Positions 1 through 10,203 of a stretch of DNA of 64,000 nucleotides are shown piece by piece. Numbering within the stretch: the stretch's first letter is position 1; every line of letters begins with the position of its first letter. The stretch is taken from contig CAWFSJ010000006.1 of NCBI GenBank assembly GCA_963818505.1, positions 33,296 through 97,295 of the forward strand. The letters run 5' to 3'. This stretch comes from an uncultured Actinomycetota bacterium (GTDB lineage Bacteria > Actinomycetota > Actinomycetes > S36-B12 > UBA10799). The position numbers and the translations under genes were made by a program. The notes under the pieces were generated by a model. That model had not been told where the DNA came from, ran no database searches, and saw only the letters and a program-made list of their open reading frames with translations.

Positions 1-1
1 C

Positions 2-1378
2 CTGTGCCCTGAGCGCAGCTACACGATCCTGGAAGCCCGCGACGCCATCGGCGGCACCTGGGACCTGTTCCGCTATCCGGGGATCCGCTCAGACTCCGAC
101 CTGTTCACGTTCGGCTTCCAGTTCAACCCGTGGCGCGAGCCGCAGGCGCTGGCCGACGGGGCATCCATCAAGGCCTACATCGAGCAGACGGCCGCGAAGT
201 TCGGCATCGATCGCCATATCCAGTTCAACTCCAAGATGGTCGCGGCGGACTTCGACACCGACCGTGCGTTGTGGACGGTGACGATCGCCGACGGCCGCCA
301 AGTCACCGCGCGCTTCCTATACGCGTGTTCGGGCTACTACAGCTACGACCAGGGGTACCTGCCCGACTTCCCCGGGATCGAGGATTTCCAGGGCACAGTG
401 GTTCATCCGCAGTTCTGGCCCGGTGACCTCGACTACAAGGGCAAACGCGTGGTCGTCATCGGATCGGGTGCGACCGCTGTGACGCTGCTTCCGGCGATGG
501 CGCCAGACGTCGAGCACATCACAATGCTGCAGCGCTCCCCCACCTGGATCAGTCCGCTGCCGTCAAACGATGTCCTCGCGGACGCTGCCCGCAAATACCT
601 GCCAGCACGTACTGCCCACAGGCTGATCCGCGCCAAGAACATCGGGTTCAGCACGGCGTTCTACCAGTTCTCGCAGCGATACCCAGACCGTGCCGCCAAA
701 CTGCTGCGCGGGCTGGCGATCAAGGCGCTGGGCGATCAGCAAGTGGTGGACGAACACTTCACGCCCACCTACAACGTGTGGGACCAGAGGGTTTGTGTGG
801 CTCCCAACGGTGACCTGTTCGAGGTGATCAAGAGTGGCAAGGCGGAGGTTGTGACCGATCAGATCGACACATTCGTCGCGACCGGCATCCGGCTTGCATC
901 GGGCCGGGTTCTCGAAGCGGACATCATCGTCACTGCAACCGGACTGGTCCTGCAACCCAACGGTGGCATCGCCCCGACGGTAGACGGCGAGCCGGTCGAC
1001 CTCCCTTCGCAGTATGTGCTGCTGGGAGCGATGCTGACCGGGTTGCCCAATTTCGCCATCGCGGTGGGGTACACGAACGCGTCGTGGACACTGCGAGCGG
1101 ATCTTACGTCGCGATTGGTGTGCAAGGTACTCAATTGGATGAGCCGCGAAGGGTTCGACATGGTCGTGCCCGAACCCCACAAGGAACTCGACGCCAGACC
1201 ACTGATGGATCTGCAGGCCGGCTACATCCAACGTGCCGCCGACCAGCTGCCAAGGCAGGGCAGCAGGGCACCGTGGCGCATGCGTCAGAACTACGTTCTG
1301 GACGCTGCGACCACCATGCGCACGAATCTCGGGAAGTACCTGAAAGGGTCGAGGGCGCGAGTATCCACAACGGCGTGA
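2..1378 (+). CDS. flavin-dependent (Baeyer-Villiger/EthA-type) monooxygenase, 5'-truncated at window edge
   Basis: Frame 2 is open from nt 2 (LCPERSYTILEARDAIGGTWDLFRYPGIRSDSDLFTFGF...) and is continuous with track ORF 236..1378. It carries the BVMO fingerprint FxGxxxHxxxWP (FQGTVVHPQFWP) and a second dinucleotide fold (VVVIGSGATAV). Confidence 0.8.
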   Translation: MCPERSYTILEARDAIGGTWDLFRYPGIRSDSDLFTFGFQFNPWREPQALADGASIKAYIEQTAAKFGIDRHIQFNSKMVAADFDTDRALWTVTIADGRQVTARFLYACSGYYSYDQGYLPDFPGIEDFQGTVVHPQFWPGDLDYKGKRVVVIGSGATAVTLLPAMAPDVEHITMLQRSPTWISPLPSNDVLADAARKYLPARTAHRLIRAKNIGFSTAFYQFSQRYPDRAAKLLRGLAIKALGDQQVVDEHFTPTYNVWDQRVCVAPNGDLFEVIKSGKAEVVTDQIDTFVATGIRLASGRVLEADIIVTATGLVLQPNGGIAPTVDGEPVDLPSQYVLLGAMLTGLPNFAIAVGYTNASWTLRADLTSRLVCKVLNWMSREGFDMVVPEPHKELDARPLMDLQAGYIQRAADQLPRQGSRAPWRMRQNYVLDAATTMRTNLGKYLKGSRARVSTTA

Positions 1379-1402
1379 AGCGGCCATGGTTTTGTCGTAC
1401 CC

Positions 1403-2623
1403 ATGTTCGATGATGTGTGCATGAGGGATTTCGGAACCGCGCCACCCGGACCGGTGGCAGACCTCGGCGATCTACTCGCCGAACTGGGGGAACTGGCCGA
1501 CTTGGACCTGGCCGATGCCCTGGAAGATGCTGAATGCTTGCTGCGTCACGCCCACGCCGTGCGGGCGGCAGTGGTGATGTCGGTCCAGGACCGGGTGGAG
1601 GCGATGGGATACCGGCTGTCCGGGGCCACGCAGACCGTCGCCGCGATCACGGTGACCTCCAGCCGTTCAGCCAGTCACCTGATGGACGCCAGCACGTCAG
1701 TGTGCACGAGACCGAAGGTCTGGACGGCACTGGCCAACGGCCGCATCGACGCCACTCGGGCCCGGCTGATAGCCGATGCCCTCGAGGGCGTTCCCGACCC
1801 GGATCGCGAACAGATGGAAGCCCGGGCCATCGAGTACGCGTCTGAGCACACCGCCTACCAGACACGGCGGCACCTGACGAGGCTCTTGGTGGACTACCGT
1901 CCCGATCTGGCCATCGAGGAGCAGGAGAAGCAGAAGGCCAAAGCGTGGGACCGGCGCTACCTGGCTATCGAACCGCGCGAGCACGGGATGGCTGACCTGC
2001 ACGGCTATCTGCCTTCGGGCACCGCACACATCCTGCTGAGCGCGTTGGACGACCTGGCGCGGACCTACGCCGACGGGCGCAGTCTGGACCAGAAACGGGT
2101 CGACGCGCTGACCGAGATCCTGGCCAGGAACATCCGACTGCTCGTCAACGTCGATGTCGTGATCTCCGCCGAGACCCTGGCTGCCCTGCAGGAGAGCGGT
2201 GCGAGCGTCGAGGGGTTCGGAGCAGTCGACGCGGAGCACGCCCGCGCGCTGGCTCTGAGCCGGGACGCACGCTGGAGGCGACTGGTGACCGATCCTGTCA
2301 CCGGAACCCTGACGGACATGTCGACCAAGAGCTACCGGATTCCTGATGCGATGAAGCGCGCGGTTCGTGCCCGCGACCGCCGGTGCCGCTTCCCCGGATG
2401 CAGCACCAGCGCGAAGCACACCGATACCGACCACGTCACCGCCTGGCCGGCTGGAGGCACGGATCCCTCGAACCTGGCACCCGGCTGCCGGAGCCACCAC
2501 CGGGTGAAGACCCACTCAGGATGGATGTGCCGGAACAACACGGATGGTTCGATGACCTGGACCAGCCCGCTCGGCACTGAGCACAAGACCTACCCGTGGA
2601 ACTACAACGAGCCGGCGTACTGA
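1403..2623 (+). CDS. DUF222-type HNH endonuclease domain protein (13E12-like)
   Basis: 406-aa ORF with a C-terminal HNH motif (RCRFPGCSTSAKHTDTDHVTAWPAGGTDPSNLAPGCRSHHRVKTH). The N-terminal two thirds look like the DUF222 region seen in multi-copy actinobacterial HNH proteins. Confidence 0.8.
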   Translation: MFDDVCMRDFGTAPPGPVADLGDLLAELGELADLDLADALEDAECLLRHAHAVRAAVVMSVQDRVEAMGYRLSGATQTVAAITVTSSRSASHLMDASTSVCTRPKVWTALANGRIDATRARLIADALEGVPDPDREQMEARAIEYASEHTAYQTRRHLTRLLVDYRPDLAIEEQEKQKAKAWDRRYLAIEPREHGMADLHGYLPSGTAHILLSALDDLARTYADGRSLDQKRVDALTEILARNIRLLVNVDVVISAETLAALQESGASVEGFGAVDAEHARALALSRDARWRRLVTDPVTGTLTDMSTKSYRIPDAMKRAVRARDRRCRFPGCSTSAKHTDTDHVTAWPAGGTDPSNLAPGCRSHHRVKTHSGWMCRNNTDGSMTWTSPLGTEHKTYPWNYNEPAY

Positions 2624-3492
2624 GCCGGGCCCAACAGCCGGGACGCAGCTCCCCACAGCACCTCGGGCATGTCGAGCCCGGCGTCCAGAAGCACTTGAAC
2701 CTGATGAGCGAACGGGTAGGGGATGTTGGGGAAGTCGGATCCGAACAGGACCTTGCCCTGCGATGAGAGCTCGCACAGGGCAGGAAGAAGGTCGGGCGGA
2801 AACGGCGCCATCCCTTGCATGAAGTCGGTCAGACCCATGGTGGTGTCCAGCCAGGTTCTCGGCCGCCCCTTCGTCATGCCCACGAATGCCTCGAACTCGT
2901 CGGCCCCAAGGTGGGCGATGATCGCGTTGAGTTGGGGATGCCGGGCAAGGACCTCACCGATCGGTCCAGATCCGGTGAACCTACCCGGCAGTGGTGCGGA
3001 TCCGCAATGGACCAGCACCGGGACACCTGCGTCGGCGATCTGGCCCCAGACGTCGTCCAGCAGCGCGTCGCGCGGGTCGAAGTCACCTACCTGCAGGTGC
3101 AGCTTGAACAGTCGCGCCCCACGCTGCAGACAATCGGCCACGTACTGGGCAGCAGTCGGCTCGGGATAGAACGTCGCGGTCGGGATACAGCCGGGCACTT
3201 CGGCTGCGAAGTCCAACGCCCACCGCGAGAGCCAGGCAGCCATGTCCGGTTTGTGTGCGTAGACCAGGGCGGTGAACCGGAGCACACCCATGCGCCGCAG
3301 GTGTGCGATGCGTTCGTGGTCGCTCCAGCGGTACTCGATCGGCCAGTCCACACCGTAGTTGTGGGCCGCTTCGTCGAAGTAACGCCATACGGCGCTCATC
3401 ACTGGGGCGGGGAGGAAGTGGGTGTGGACATCGATGATGCCCGGGATGCCGAGCTCCTGCCACAGAGCAGGCAAGTCGTTGTCAGCGAGCAC
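2602..3492 (-). CDS. amidohydrolase family protein (amidohydrolase-2 type)
   Basis: Metal-binding opening motif [19 protein letters not shown], followed by HCGS, AHLGA and FGSDFP. The track ORF extends to 3540, which would overlap smpB by 59 nt. The in-frame GTG at 3492 (11-nt overlap) or TTG at 3474 (no overlap) are more plausible starts. Confidence 0.8.
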   Translation of the reverse strand: MLADNDLPALWQELGIPGIIDVHTHFLPAPVMSAVWRYFDEAAHNYGVDWPIEYRWSDHERIAHLRRMGVLRFTALVYAHKPDMAAWLSRWALDFAAEVPGCIPTATFYPEPTAAQYVADCLQRGARLFKLHLQVGDFDPRDALLDDVWGQIADAGVPVLVHCGSAPLPGRFTGSGPIGEVLARHPQLNAIIAHLGADEFEAFVGMTKGRPRTWLDTTMGLTDFMQGMAPFPPDLLPALCELSSQGKVLFGSDFPNIPYPFAHQVQVLLDAGLDMPEVLWGAASRLLGPAQYAGSL

Positions 3493-3958
3493 TGCGCCGG
3501 GCCGCTGCCACCGCCCGCTCAGCGTCACGCTTGGCCTCACGCGCGGCGATGTCCTGGCGCTTGTCGTGACTCTTCTTGCCCCGGCCCAGACCGATCTCGA
3601 CCTTGGCCTTGCCGTCCTTGAAGTACAGCTTCATAGGCACCAGAGTCAGGCCACTCTGCTTGGTCTTACCGATCAACCGGTTGATCTCATGGGCGTGGAG
3701 GAGCAACTTGCGCGGTCGGCGGGGATCGTGGTTGGTCCACGTTCCTTGGTCGTATTCGGGGATGTGCACACCCATCAGCCAGACCTCCCCGTCGCGCACC
3801 TCGGCGTAACCATCGACCAGCGACGCCCGGCCAGCCCGCAGGGACTTGACCTCGGTTCCCTGCAGGACCATCCCGGCCTCCCAGGTGTCCTCGATCGCAT
3901 AGTCGTGGCGGGCGCGGCGGTTCATCGCGATGACCTTCTGGCCGGTTTCCTTCACCAC
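3482..3958 (-). CDS. smpB: SsrA-binding protein SmpB
   Basis: 158 aa. Full-length resemblance to SmpB ([12 protein letters not shown]..., [16 protein letters not shown], basic KKSHDKR tail). It sits in the conserved position after ftsEX and the M23 peptidase. Confidence 0.95.
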   Translation of the reverse strand: MVKETGQKVIAMNRRARHDYAIEDTWEAGMVLQGTEVKSLRAGRASLVDGYAEVRDGEVWLMGVHIPEYDQGTWTNHDPRRPRKLLLHAHEINRLIGKTKQSGLTLVPMKLYFKDGKAKVEIGLGRGKKSHDKRQDIAAREAKRDAERAVAAARRSAR

Positions 3959-3959
3959 A

Positions 3960-5219
3960 TCAGCACCGTACGGGAACCTTGGCTGCGCCGAACCAGCCCA
4001 TCGGGTCGTAAGGGGTGCCGTTGACGTGCACCTCGAAGTGCAGGTGCGGGCCCGTGACCCACCCGGTGGCGCCGACCCGCCCGATCAGCTGGCCCTGCTT
4101 GACCTTCTGGCCGGCGGAGACCAGCGCCGCGGACTGGTGCGCGTACATCGTCGAGATGCCCGACCCATGCTGAATCAGAGTGTGCAGTCCGTAAGGTCCA
4201 CCGTTCTCCACCGAGACGACAACGCCGTTCGCGGCTGAGTAGATCGGGGCGCCCTGACCGGCACCGATGTCGGTGCCGGTGTGACATGACCTGTATCCGT
4301 ACACGGGGTGGATGCGCGGACCGACGTTCTGCACGACCGAAGCGCCCGGTGTCGGCCAGGCCAAGCCGTCGGCGCCGATGTTGATGGGCACGCCGGCTTG
4401 GCCTTGCGAAGCCTTCGCCGCAGCCGCCCGGGCGATGGCCGCGATTCTCGCCTGCTCCGCCTTGTACTGCCGGTACTGCTTCTTGACCGCGTCGCGCCGC
4501 TCTCTGGCGTCGCGCAACGCAGAGGCACGGGAGGCCACGAGTTCGTCGATCTTGGCCTTGGCCGCGTCCGCCCTCGCCTTCGCCTTGGCTGCTTCGTCGA
4601 CCAGCGCCTGCGCCTCACCTTGGGCCTGCTCTGCCTCATCCTCCAGCGTCTTGAGGCTGGCCAGGCGGATGTTCAACTGAGCCTTAGCCGCGTCGAGGTC
4701 TGAGAGGGTGTTGTTGTTGCCCTGCGCGATCGAACGCAGGGTCTCCATGCGGGAGGCGAAGTCACCGGGGTCGCTGGAGTCCAGCAGGATCTCGACCTCG
4801 GACATGGCCCCACCCTGGGTGTAGACCTGCCGGGCCATCTGGCCGATCCGCTGCTCAAGGAACGCGATCTGCTGTTCGGTCTCAGCGATCTGCTGCTTGG
4901 CCTGCGCGACTTTCGCGATCGCCACAGCAACCTTGCGGTCGGCAGCGGCCTTGCGCTCCTGCGCCGCCGTCAACTCGGCTTGCGCCTCTGCCAACTCCTT
5001 GCGCGCTGCTGGCAACTGCTCCTGTGCGACATCGAGTTTGTCGATCGCCGCGGCGACCTTCTTGTCCGCAGAGGCGAGATCGTCCTGTGCGTTTTCGACC
5101 TGCTGGTTTATGTCATCGGCGTGGACCGGCAGGACCACCGAGCCCAGTCCCAGCCCAACGACCATCGACGCGGCTACGAAACGAGCCCCGCGTGATGATC
5201 TATTGGACATTCTGGACAT
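3960..5219 (-). CDS. secreted M23/LytM-family peptidoglycan metalloendopeptidase with coiled-coil region
   Basis: Signal-like N-terminus and a long Ala/Glu/Gln-rich coiled coil. C-terminal M23 motifs HTGTDIGAG and HLHFEV. Confidence 0.9.
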   Translation of the reverse strand: MSRMSNRSSRGARFVAASMVVGLGLGSVVLPVHADDINQQVENAQDDLASADKKVAAAIDKLDVAQEQLPAARKELAEAQAELTAAQERKAAADRKVAVAIAKVAQAKQQIAETEQQIAFLEQRIGQMARQVYTQGGAMSEVEILLDSSDPGDFASRMETLRSIAQGNNNTLSDLDAAKAQLNIRLASLKTLEDEAEQAQGEAQALVDEAAKAKARADAAKAKIDELVASRASALRDARERRDAVKKQYRQYKAEQARIAAIARAAAAKASQGQAGVPINIGADGLAWPTPGASVVQNVGPRIHPVYGYRSCHTGTDIGAGQGAPIYSAANGVVVSVENGGPYGLHTLIQHGSGISTMYAHQSAALVSAGQKVKQGQLIGRVGATGWVTGPHLHFEVHVNGTPYDPMGWFGAAKVPVRC

Positions 5220-5237
5220 GCTCCTCCAAGGGTACCT

Positions 5238-6146
5238 TCACACCTTCAGATATCGGCGCAATGTGAGCGCGGCTGCAATGGCAGCGATGAGGATTCCGGT
5301 GAAGAACACCACAGGCAGGATCAGGATGACCTGGTCCCACGACACGAAAGCCGTGAACTGGTACGACGGTGCCAACACCTTATCGATCAAGAAGATCTTC
5401 GTTGCCACGATCGCGCCGACTGCGATCAGTCCGCCCACAGCTGCGGAGAACGCAGCCTCCAGCAGGAACGGCATCCTGATCATGAAGTTGCTGGCACCCA
5501 CCAGCCGCATGATCCCGACCTCACGACGACGCGCGTGTGCCGCAACCCTGATCGTGTTGATCACAAGCAGGGCGGTGACCAGCAACATCGCCACCGCAAC
5601 GGACAGTGCGATCACCTGCAACCCGTTGAGTAATCGGAAGAACCGGTCCAGCAACTGGCGTTGATCCTGGACCTGTTCGACACCTGGTCGACCCGCGAAC
5701 GCGGCCGCGATGACCTCGTACTTGGTCGGATCGGACAACTTCACCCGGAAGGACTCAGGCAGGGCATCAGGTGTGACGTTCTGCGCGATCGGGGAGTCGG
5801 CGAACTGCTCCATGAAGTGCTGGTAGGCCTCTTCCTTGGACTCGTAGTAGATGTCCTGGACCAGCGGGCGCAGTGCGTTCAGTTCCTGCTCGATCTCAGC
5901 CCGGACCTCCGGGGTGACCGCCCCCAACGAACAGGCTGGCGCCGACGAGTTCGCCCCGCACAGGAAGATCGACACCTCAACGCGGTCGTACCAGAAGTCC
6001 TTCATGGAATCGACCTGCGCTCGAACGAGCAGCCCAGCACCGAACAGCGTCAAGGAGACAGCGACCGTGATGATCACGGCGAACGTCATCGTGAGGTTGC
6101 GGCGCAGCCCTTGGAATGTCTCGCTGAGAATGAATCGAAGTTTCAC
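5238..6146 (-). CDS. ftsX: cell division permease-like protein FtsX
   Basis: The real start is GTG at 6146 ([22 protein letters not shown]...), overlapping the ftsE stop as GTGA. It has four TM segments with a large extracytoplasmic loop. The 159-aa Arg/Gly-rich extension of track ORF 5238..6623 lies inside ftsE and is rejected. Confidence 0.9.
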   Translation of the reverse strand: MKLRFILSETFQGLRRNLTMTFAVIITVAVSLTLFGAGLLVRAQVDSMKDFWYDRVEVSIFLCGANSSAPACSLGAVTPEVRAEIEQELNALRPLVQDIYYESKEEAYQHFMEQFADSPIAQNVTPDALPESFRVKLSDPTKYEVIAAAFAGRPGVEQVQDQRQLLDRFFRLLNGLQVIALSVAVAMLLVTALLVINTIRVAAHARRREVGIMRLVGASNFMIRMPFLLEAAFSAAVGGLIAVGAIVATKIFLIDKVLAPSYQFTAFVSWDQVILILPVVFFTGILIAAIAAALTLRRYLKV

Positions 6147-6838
6147 GGCTGATGGTCCTGCCCGTACACACCGCGCGCCTCGTCGCGGACCATGACACCG
6201 GCGTCGAGTTCGATCACACGCTTGCGCATCTGGTCGACGATGGCGGCGTCGTGCGTGGCCATGATCACCGTGGTGCCCACCCGGTTGATCCGGTCGAGCA
6301 GCTTCATGATCCCGACGCTCGTCGCCGGATCCAAGTTGCCCGTTGGCTCGTCGGCCAGCAGCAGCGCCGGACGGTTGACGAAGGCGCGCGCGATGGCAAC
6401 CCGCTGCTGCTCGCCACCCGAGAGCTGATCCGGGAAGCGGCCCATCTTGTCGGCCAAACCGACGAGGTCGAGGACCTCGGGGACCGACCGCTCGATGACG
6501 GAGTTCTTGCGTCCGAGCACCTGCAACGTGAAGGCGACGTTCTGGTAGACCGTCTTGTTCTGCAGAAGCCGGAAGTCCTGGAAGACCGCCCCCATACTCC
6601 GGCGCAGTTGCGGCACCTTCCATCGCGAGAGCCGGCCCACATCACGGCCTGCCACCACGACACGGCCAACTGTGGGCTTCTCCTCACGCAGGATCAGCCG
6701 CAGGAAGGTGGACTTCCCGGAACCGGACGTCCCCACCAGGAAGACGAACTCGCCGGGATCGACATGCATGGAGATGTCTTGGAGCGCTGGGCGGTTGCGC
6801 TTGTCGTAGCGCTTGGTCACGCGCTCGAAGGTGATCAA
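6143..6838 (-). CDS. ftsE: cell division ATP-binding protein FtsE
   Basis: Walker [13 protein letters not shown] signature LSGGEQQR, Walker B LLLADEP. FtsE proteins normally begin MI(T/R)FE, so TTG at 6838 (preceded by AGGTGGGG) is preferred over the track start at 6874. Confidence 0.9.
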   Translation of the reverse strand: MITFERVTKRYDKRNRPALQDISMHVDPGEFVFLVGTSGSGKSTFLRLILREEKPTVGRVVVAGRDVGRLSRWKVPQLRRSMGAVFQDFRLLQNKTVYQNVAFTLQVLGRKNSVIERSVPEVLDLVGLADKMGRFPDQLSGGEQQRVAIARAFVNRPALLLADEPTGNLDPATSVGIMKLLDRINRVGTTVIMATHDAAIVDQMRKRVIELDAGVMVRDEARGVYGQDHQP

Positions 6839-6931
6839 TTGTCCCCACCTGGTGTATTGGCCCTGACTGCACAAGTCTAGGCACGGCTGGTCACAACGCC
6901 GGTCAGGATCGCCGTAAGCAGAAGGTCAGAA

Positions 6932-8044
6932 TCAGTTCGGTGACTGCTGCTGGCGGCGCCACCGGATACCCGCCTCGACGAACTCATCGATCTCGCCGTC
7001 GAGAACCGCCGCGGTGTTGCCGGTCTCGACCTCGGTCCGAAGGTCCTTGACCATTTGGTACGGGTGCAGCACGTAGGAGCGCATCTGGTTGCCCCACGAA
7101 CCCGAGGAGTCCCCCTTGAGGGCATCCATCTTGGCCTGCTCCTGCTGACGCTGACGTTCGAGCAGTTTGGCTTGCAGCACCGCCATCGCCGTGGCCTTGT
7201 TCTGCAACTGCGAGCGCTCGTTCTGACAACTCACGACGATCCCCGTGGGCAGGTGGGTCAGGCGCACCGCGGAGTCCGTGGTGTTGACGCCCTGACCGCC
7301 CGGGCCCGAAGACCGGTAGACGTCCACCCTCAGTTCGTCCTCGGGGATCTCGATGCTCTCGGTCTTCTCGACCACGGGGATGACCTCGACCTCGGCGAAG
7401 GAGGTCTGGCGACGACCCTGGTTGTCGAAGGGGCTGATCCGCACGAGCCGGTGAGTCCCCTGTTCCACGCTGAGCGTCCCGTAGGCGAACGGCGCCTTGA
7501 CCGCGAAGGTCGCGGACTTGATACCGGCCTCCTCGGCGTAGGAGGTCTCGTAGACCTCCACCGACCAGCCATGGCGCTCGCAGTAGCGCCCGTACATGCG
7601 CAGCAGCATCTCGGCCCAATCGGCCGCGTCGACCCCACCGGCCCCGGAGCGGATCGAAACCAGCGCCTCGCGTTCGTCGTACTCACCGGACAGCAGGGTC
7701 CTGACCTCGAACTCGGTGATCTCGGCGTGCAGAGATGCCAGCTCGCGCTGAGCCTCTTCCATCGCGCTCGCGTCGTCTTCGGCCTGGGCCAGTTCGACCA
7801 GGATCGGTAGGTCGTCCACACGCTGACGCAGGACCATGACCTTGCGCCGCTCCTGCTGCAGGTACGACAACCTCGAGGTGATCACCTGCGCCTGCTCCGG
7901 GTCGTCCCAGAGGTTCGGTGCCGAAGCCTGCTGCTCGAGATCTGAGATATCAACCTCGAGCCGGGGAACATCGATGACCGCCTCGATCTGCTGCAGCACA
8001 GCGTCGATGGCGGCTATCTGTTCAGCAATGTCAAGGTCGGCCAC
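6932..8044 (-). CDS. prfB: peptide chain release factor 2
   Basis: 370 aa. Contains the SPF tripeptide (RISPFD) and the GGQ motif ([15 protein letters not shown]). It is a single uninterrupted ORF. Confidence 0.95.
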   Translation of the reverse strand: MADLDIAEQIAAIDAVLQQIEAVIDVPRLEVDISDLEQQASAPNLWDDPEQAQVITSRLSYLQQERRKVMVLRQRVDDLPILVELAQAEDDASAMEEAQRELASLHAEITEFEVRTLLSGEYDEREALVSIRSGAGGVDAADWAEMLLRMYGRYCERHGWSVEVYETSYAEEAGIKSATFAVKAPFAYGTLSVEQGTHRLVRISPFDNQGRRQTSFAEVEVIPVVEKTESIEIPEDELRVDVYRSSGPGGQGVNTTDSAVRLTHLPTGIVVSCQNERSQLQNKATAMAVLQAKLLERQRQQEQAKMDALKGDSSGSWGNQMRSYVLHPYQMVKDLRTEVETGNTAAVLDGEIDEFVEAGIRWRRQQQSPN

Positions 8045-8068
8045 CTTCGTAGGGTAACCGTGGCCGCC

Positions 8069-8482
8069 CTACCAGTTGGCGACGTGCCTCTCCTGCTTGT
8101 CCTTGAACGCACCCACCAGGATCATGATGAAGTCGATCAGCGTGCCGATCCCGAACAGGCCTCCGGTCAACAACCACAGAACGCCGGTGCCGATCTTGCC
8201 GACGTAGAAGCGGTGGATGCCTGCGACAAGGACGAAGCCAAGCGCACACAGCAGCACAGTGGCCAGTCGGGACTTCGGAGAAGCGGGGCGACCTTCGGAG
8301 TCGAGCATGGGCTTCCCGTCCGGGTAAAGGGGCACACCTGCCGGTGCCGATTGAACCGGCGCTGGTGCCGGTGCAGAGACAGGGGGCGGGGGCGGGGGCG
8401 GAGTCGAGGGCGGAGAGACGCTACTGCTCTGCGGGTCTGGCTGGGGCTCGGGGCTCTGAGTCATGGGCCATACCCTACCCAT
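8069..8482 (-). CDS. TM2 domain-containing membrane protein with Pro-rich N-terminus
   Basis: C-terminal TM2 pattern ([35 protein letters not shown]) after a PPPPPP-rich linker. An alternative ATG lies at 8464. Confidence 0.75.
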   Translation of the reverse strand: MGRVWPMTQSPEPQPDPQSSSVSPPSTPPPPPPPVSAPAPAPVQSAPAGVPLYPDGKPMLDSEGRPASPKSRLATVLLCALGFVLVAGIHRFYVGKIGTGVLWLLTGGLFGIGTLIDFIMILVGAFKDKQERHVANW

Positions 8483-8488
8483 TGCAGC

Positions 8489-9544
8489 CTAAAGTGCGAG
8501 CAATTCGGGTTTGGCCGCGAGTTCCTCGGCGATGCGCACGACAGCTGACGCGGCCTTGGGCACCTGGGCGCCGAGGCGGTAGCTGGGGGCGAGCTCGACG
8601 GTGACGAACCAGCTCGCGGTGTTGCGTGCGGTCCAGCGGCTCATGGTGCCGGGGTACCAGTTCCCGCAGTTCGTGGGCCGGCCCGGCTGCTTCAAGCCGA
8701 TCAGGGTGGCCGTGCGCCGGACCCAAAACGCGGAGCGCTGGTCACAGACACTGAGCACCGTGTCCCACGGCTGGTGGAAGCTCAGCGTCCCCGTCGGCTG
8801 CAGACGCGCAATGAAGCGCATCATCGCCTTGGTCTCGGGTTCACTGCCGGCAGCGCGGCCCGAGCGGTATTGCCGCGCCGACCAGGTCCCCGGGAAGTTG
8901 CGGTTCAGGTCCACCCCTCGGGCGTTGTAGCGGTTGCCCCGCACCGCACCGTCCGGGTTCATGGTCCGGATCGTCCACAGCTGGTAGTCGCTGTCCTCGG
9001 CGATCGTGCGCTTGCGGATCCGGTCGGTGACGCGCAGGCCGGCCGGCTCGCTGCCGTGCATCTGGCCGACTGACAGAAGCACCGTCACGGCCAGGGGGTT
9101 GCCCTGCCGCACCGCCCAGATCTTTCGACCCTGCGCGGAGCGGCCGACGAGCACCCTGGCATTGGGGAAGATCGGCTCTGCGAGCACCGCCCTGAGTCGG
9201 ATCAGACCGCTGGGAATGGAGGGCTCACTGGTGGTGACGCCGTCGGTGGCCGTCACCGTGAAGCTGTAACTGGTCCGGTCGGGCAAGGAGTCGAAGAAGC
9301 ATGTGGGAGTAGTCGACGTGCACGTCTGTCCGGAAGGGTCGGCGGTCGCGGTGTACGACGTCGCCCCCGCGACAGGCTCCCAGGAGATGACCAGTCCGGT
9401 CCCCGACTGCTGGCCGGTGACGTTTGTGGGGGCGACCAGAGCGGCGGGGACAACCACGGGAGCCGGATCGTCGTCGGCGGTGGCCGGAGTCGCACCGGCA
9501 GCCACCATCGCCATGAGCGTCGCGGGCAGGACCAGTGACTTCAT
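8489..9544 (-). CDS. secreted M14-family zinc carboxypeptidase with N-terminal FN3-like domain
   Basis: Signal peptide MKSLVLPATLMAMVAAGATPATA and an FN3-like segment (GLVISWEPVAGATSYTATA...FTVTAT). M14 motifs GQMHGSEPAG and GVDLNRNFP. ATG at 9544 is preferred to the track start at 9580. Confidence 0.8.
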   Translation of the reverse strand: MKSLVLPATLMAMVAAGATPATADDDPAPVVVPAALVAPTNVTGQQSGTGLVISWEPVAGATSYTATADPSGQTCTSTTPTCFFDSLPDRTSYSFTVTATDGVTTSEPSIPSGLIRLRAVLAEPIFPNARVLVGRSAQGRKIWAVRQGNPLAVTVLLSVGQMHGSEPAGLRVTDRIRKRTIAEDSDYQLWTIRTMNPDGAVRGNRYNARGVDLNRNFPGTWSARQYRSGRAAGSEPETKAMMRFIARLQPTGTLSFHQPWDTVLSVCDQRSAFWVRRTATLIGLKQPGRPTNCGNWYPGTMSRWTARNTASWFVTVELAPSYRLGAQVPKAASAVVRIAEELAAKPELLAL

Positions 9545-9602
9545 CGACCCACCGTACGTCATGGAACTTGATACGTACACCTGTTCGACGTACAGTGGGT
9601 GC

Positions 9603-10202
9603 GTGCAAGCAAGCCTGCGTCTGGACAGTCACAGCGCGGACCCCGCCCGACTGACGTCGTTGCAGCGAACCGACTTGGGCGCCGGAGCCTGGGTGGATCA
9701 TCTGCAGGGCTGGGTCAGCGACGACGTCGAGATCTTCGATGTGCTGACCGAACGTGTCCCGTGGCGCAAGGACTCGCGACCGATGTACGACAAAGTCGTG
9801 GACGTGCCGAGGCTCACCGCGTGGTGCCGCAACCCTGCGGCTCTGCCCCACCCCAGCCTGGTGTCCGCGTTCGATGCCTTGAACACCCACTACGGCCCGG
9901 AACCGTTCACGACTGCGGGTTTGTGCTGGTACCGCGACGGGCGCGACAGTGTGGCCTGGCACGGAGACACAATCCGTCACCATCGCAGCCAGACCGTGAT
10001 CGCCATCGTGTCCCTGGGCCAGGCGCGCCCCCTGCAGTTACGTCCCCGCGGCGGGGGTCGCAGCCTGACTTTCAACGTCGGTCACGGCGACCTGTTCGTC
10101 ATGGGCGGCACCTGTCAGACGACCTGGGAGCACGCGGTCCCCAAGGTCTCCCACGCGGGCCCGCGCATCAGCGTGCAGTTCCGCCGGGCCGGCGTGGACT
10201 GA
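9603..10202 (+). CDS. alpha-ketoglutarate/Fe(II)-dependent dioxygenase, AlkB-like
   Basis: Start GTG at 9603 (VQASLRLD...). The upstream part of track ORF 9303..10202 is antisense to the M14 gene. It has the 2OG-oxygenase HxD...H...RxS pattern (WHGDT, WEHAVPK, RISVQFR). Confidence 0.8.
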   Translation: MQASLRLDSHSADPARLTSLQRTDLGAGAWVDHLQGWVSDDVEIFDVLTERVPWRKDSRPMYDKVVDVPRLTAWCRNPAALPHPSLVSAFDALNTHYGPEPFTTAGLCWYRDGRDSVAWHGDTIRHHRSQTVIAIVSLGQARPLQLRPRGGGRSLTFNVGHGDLFVMGGTCQTTWEHAVPKVSHAGPRISVQFRRAGVD

Positions 10203-10203
10203 A

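Noticed and set aside
6147-6623. N-terminal extensions of track ORFs. Examples are ftsX to 6623, secA to 25875, comF to 29167, the PMM gene to 38387, DUF3499 to 38823, mtrA to 32630, the CDF gene to 34549 and the CPBP gene to 33525.
   Set aside because: The extensions overlap the upstream gene in another frame, have low-complexity Arg/Pro composition, and are absent from the family N-termini. Internal ATG/GTG/TTG starts give the canonical N-termini and the 4-nt overlaps typical of operons.
6932-8044. Programmed +1 frameshift site in prfB.
   Set aside because: RF2 is encoded here by one uninterrupted 370-aa ORF. No short upstream ORF ending in CTT TGA is needed.
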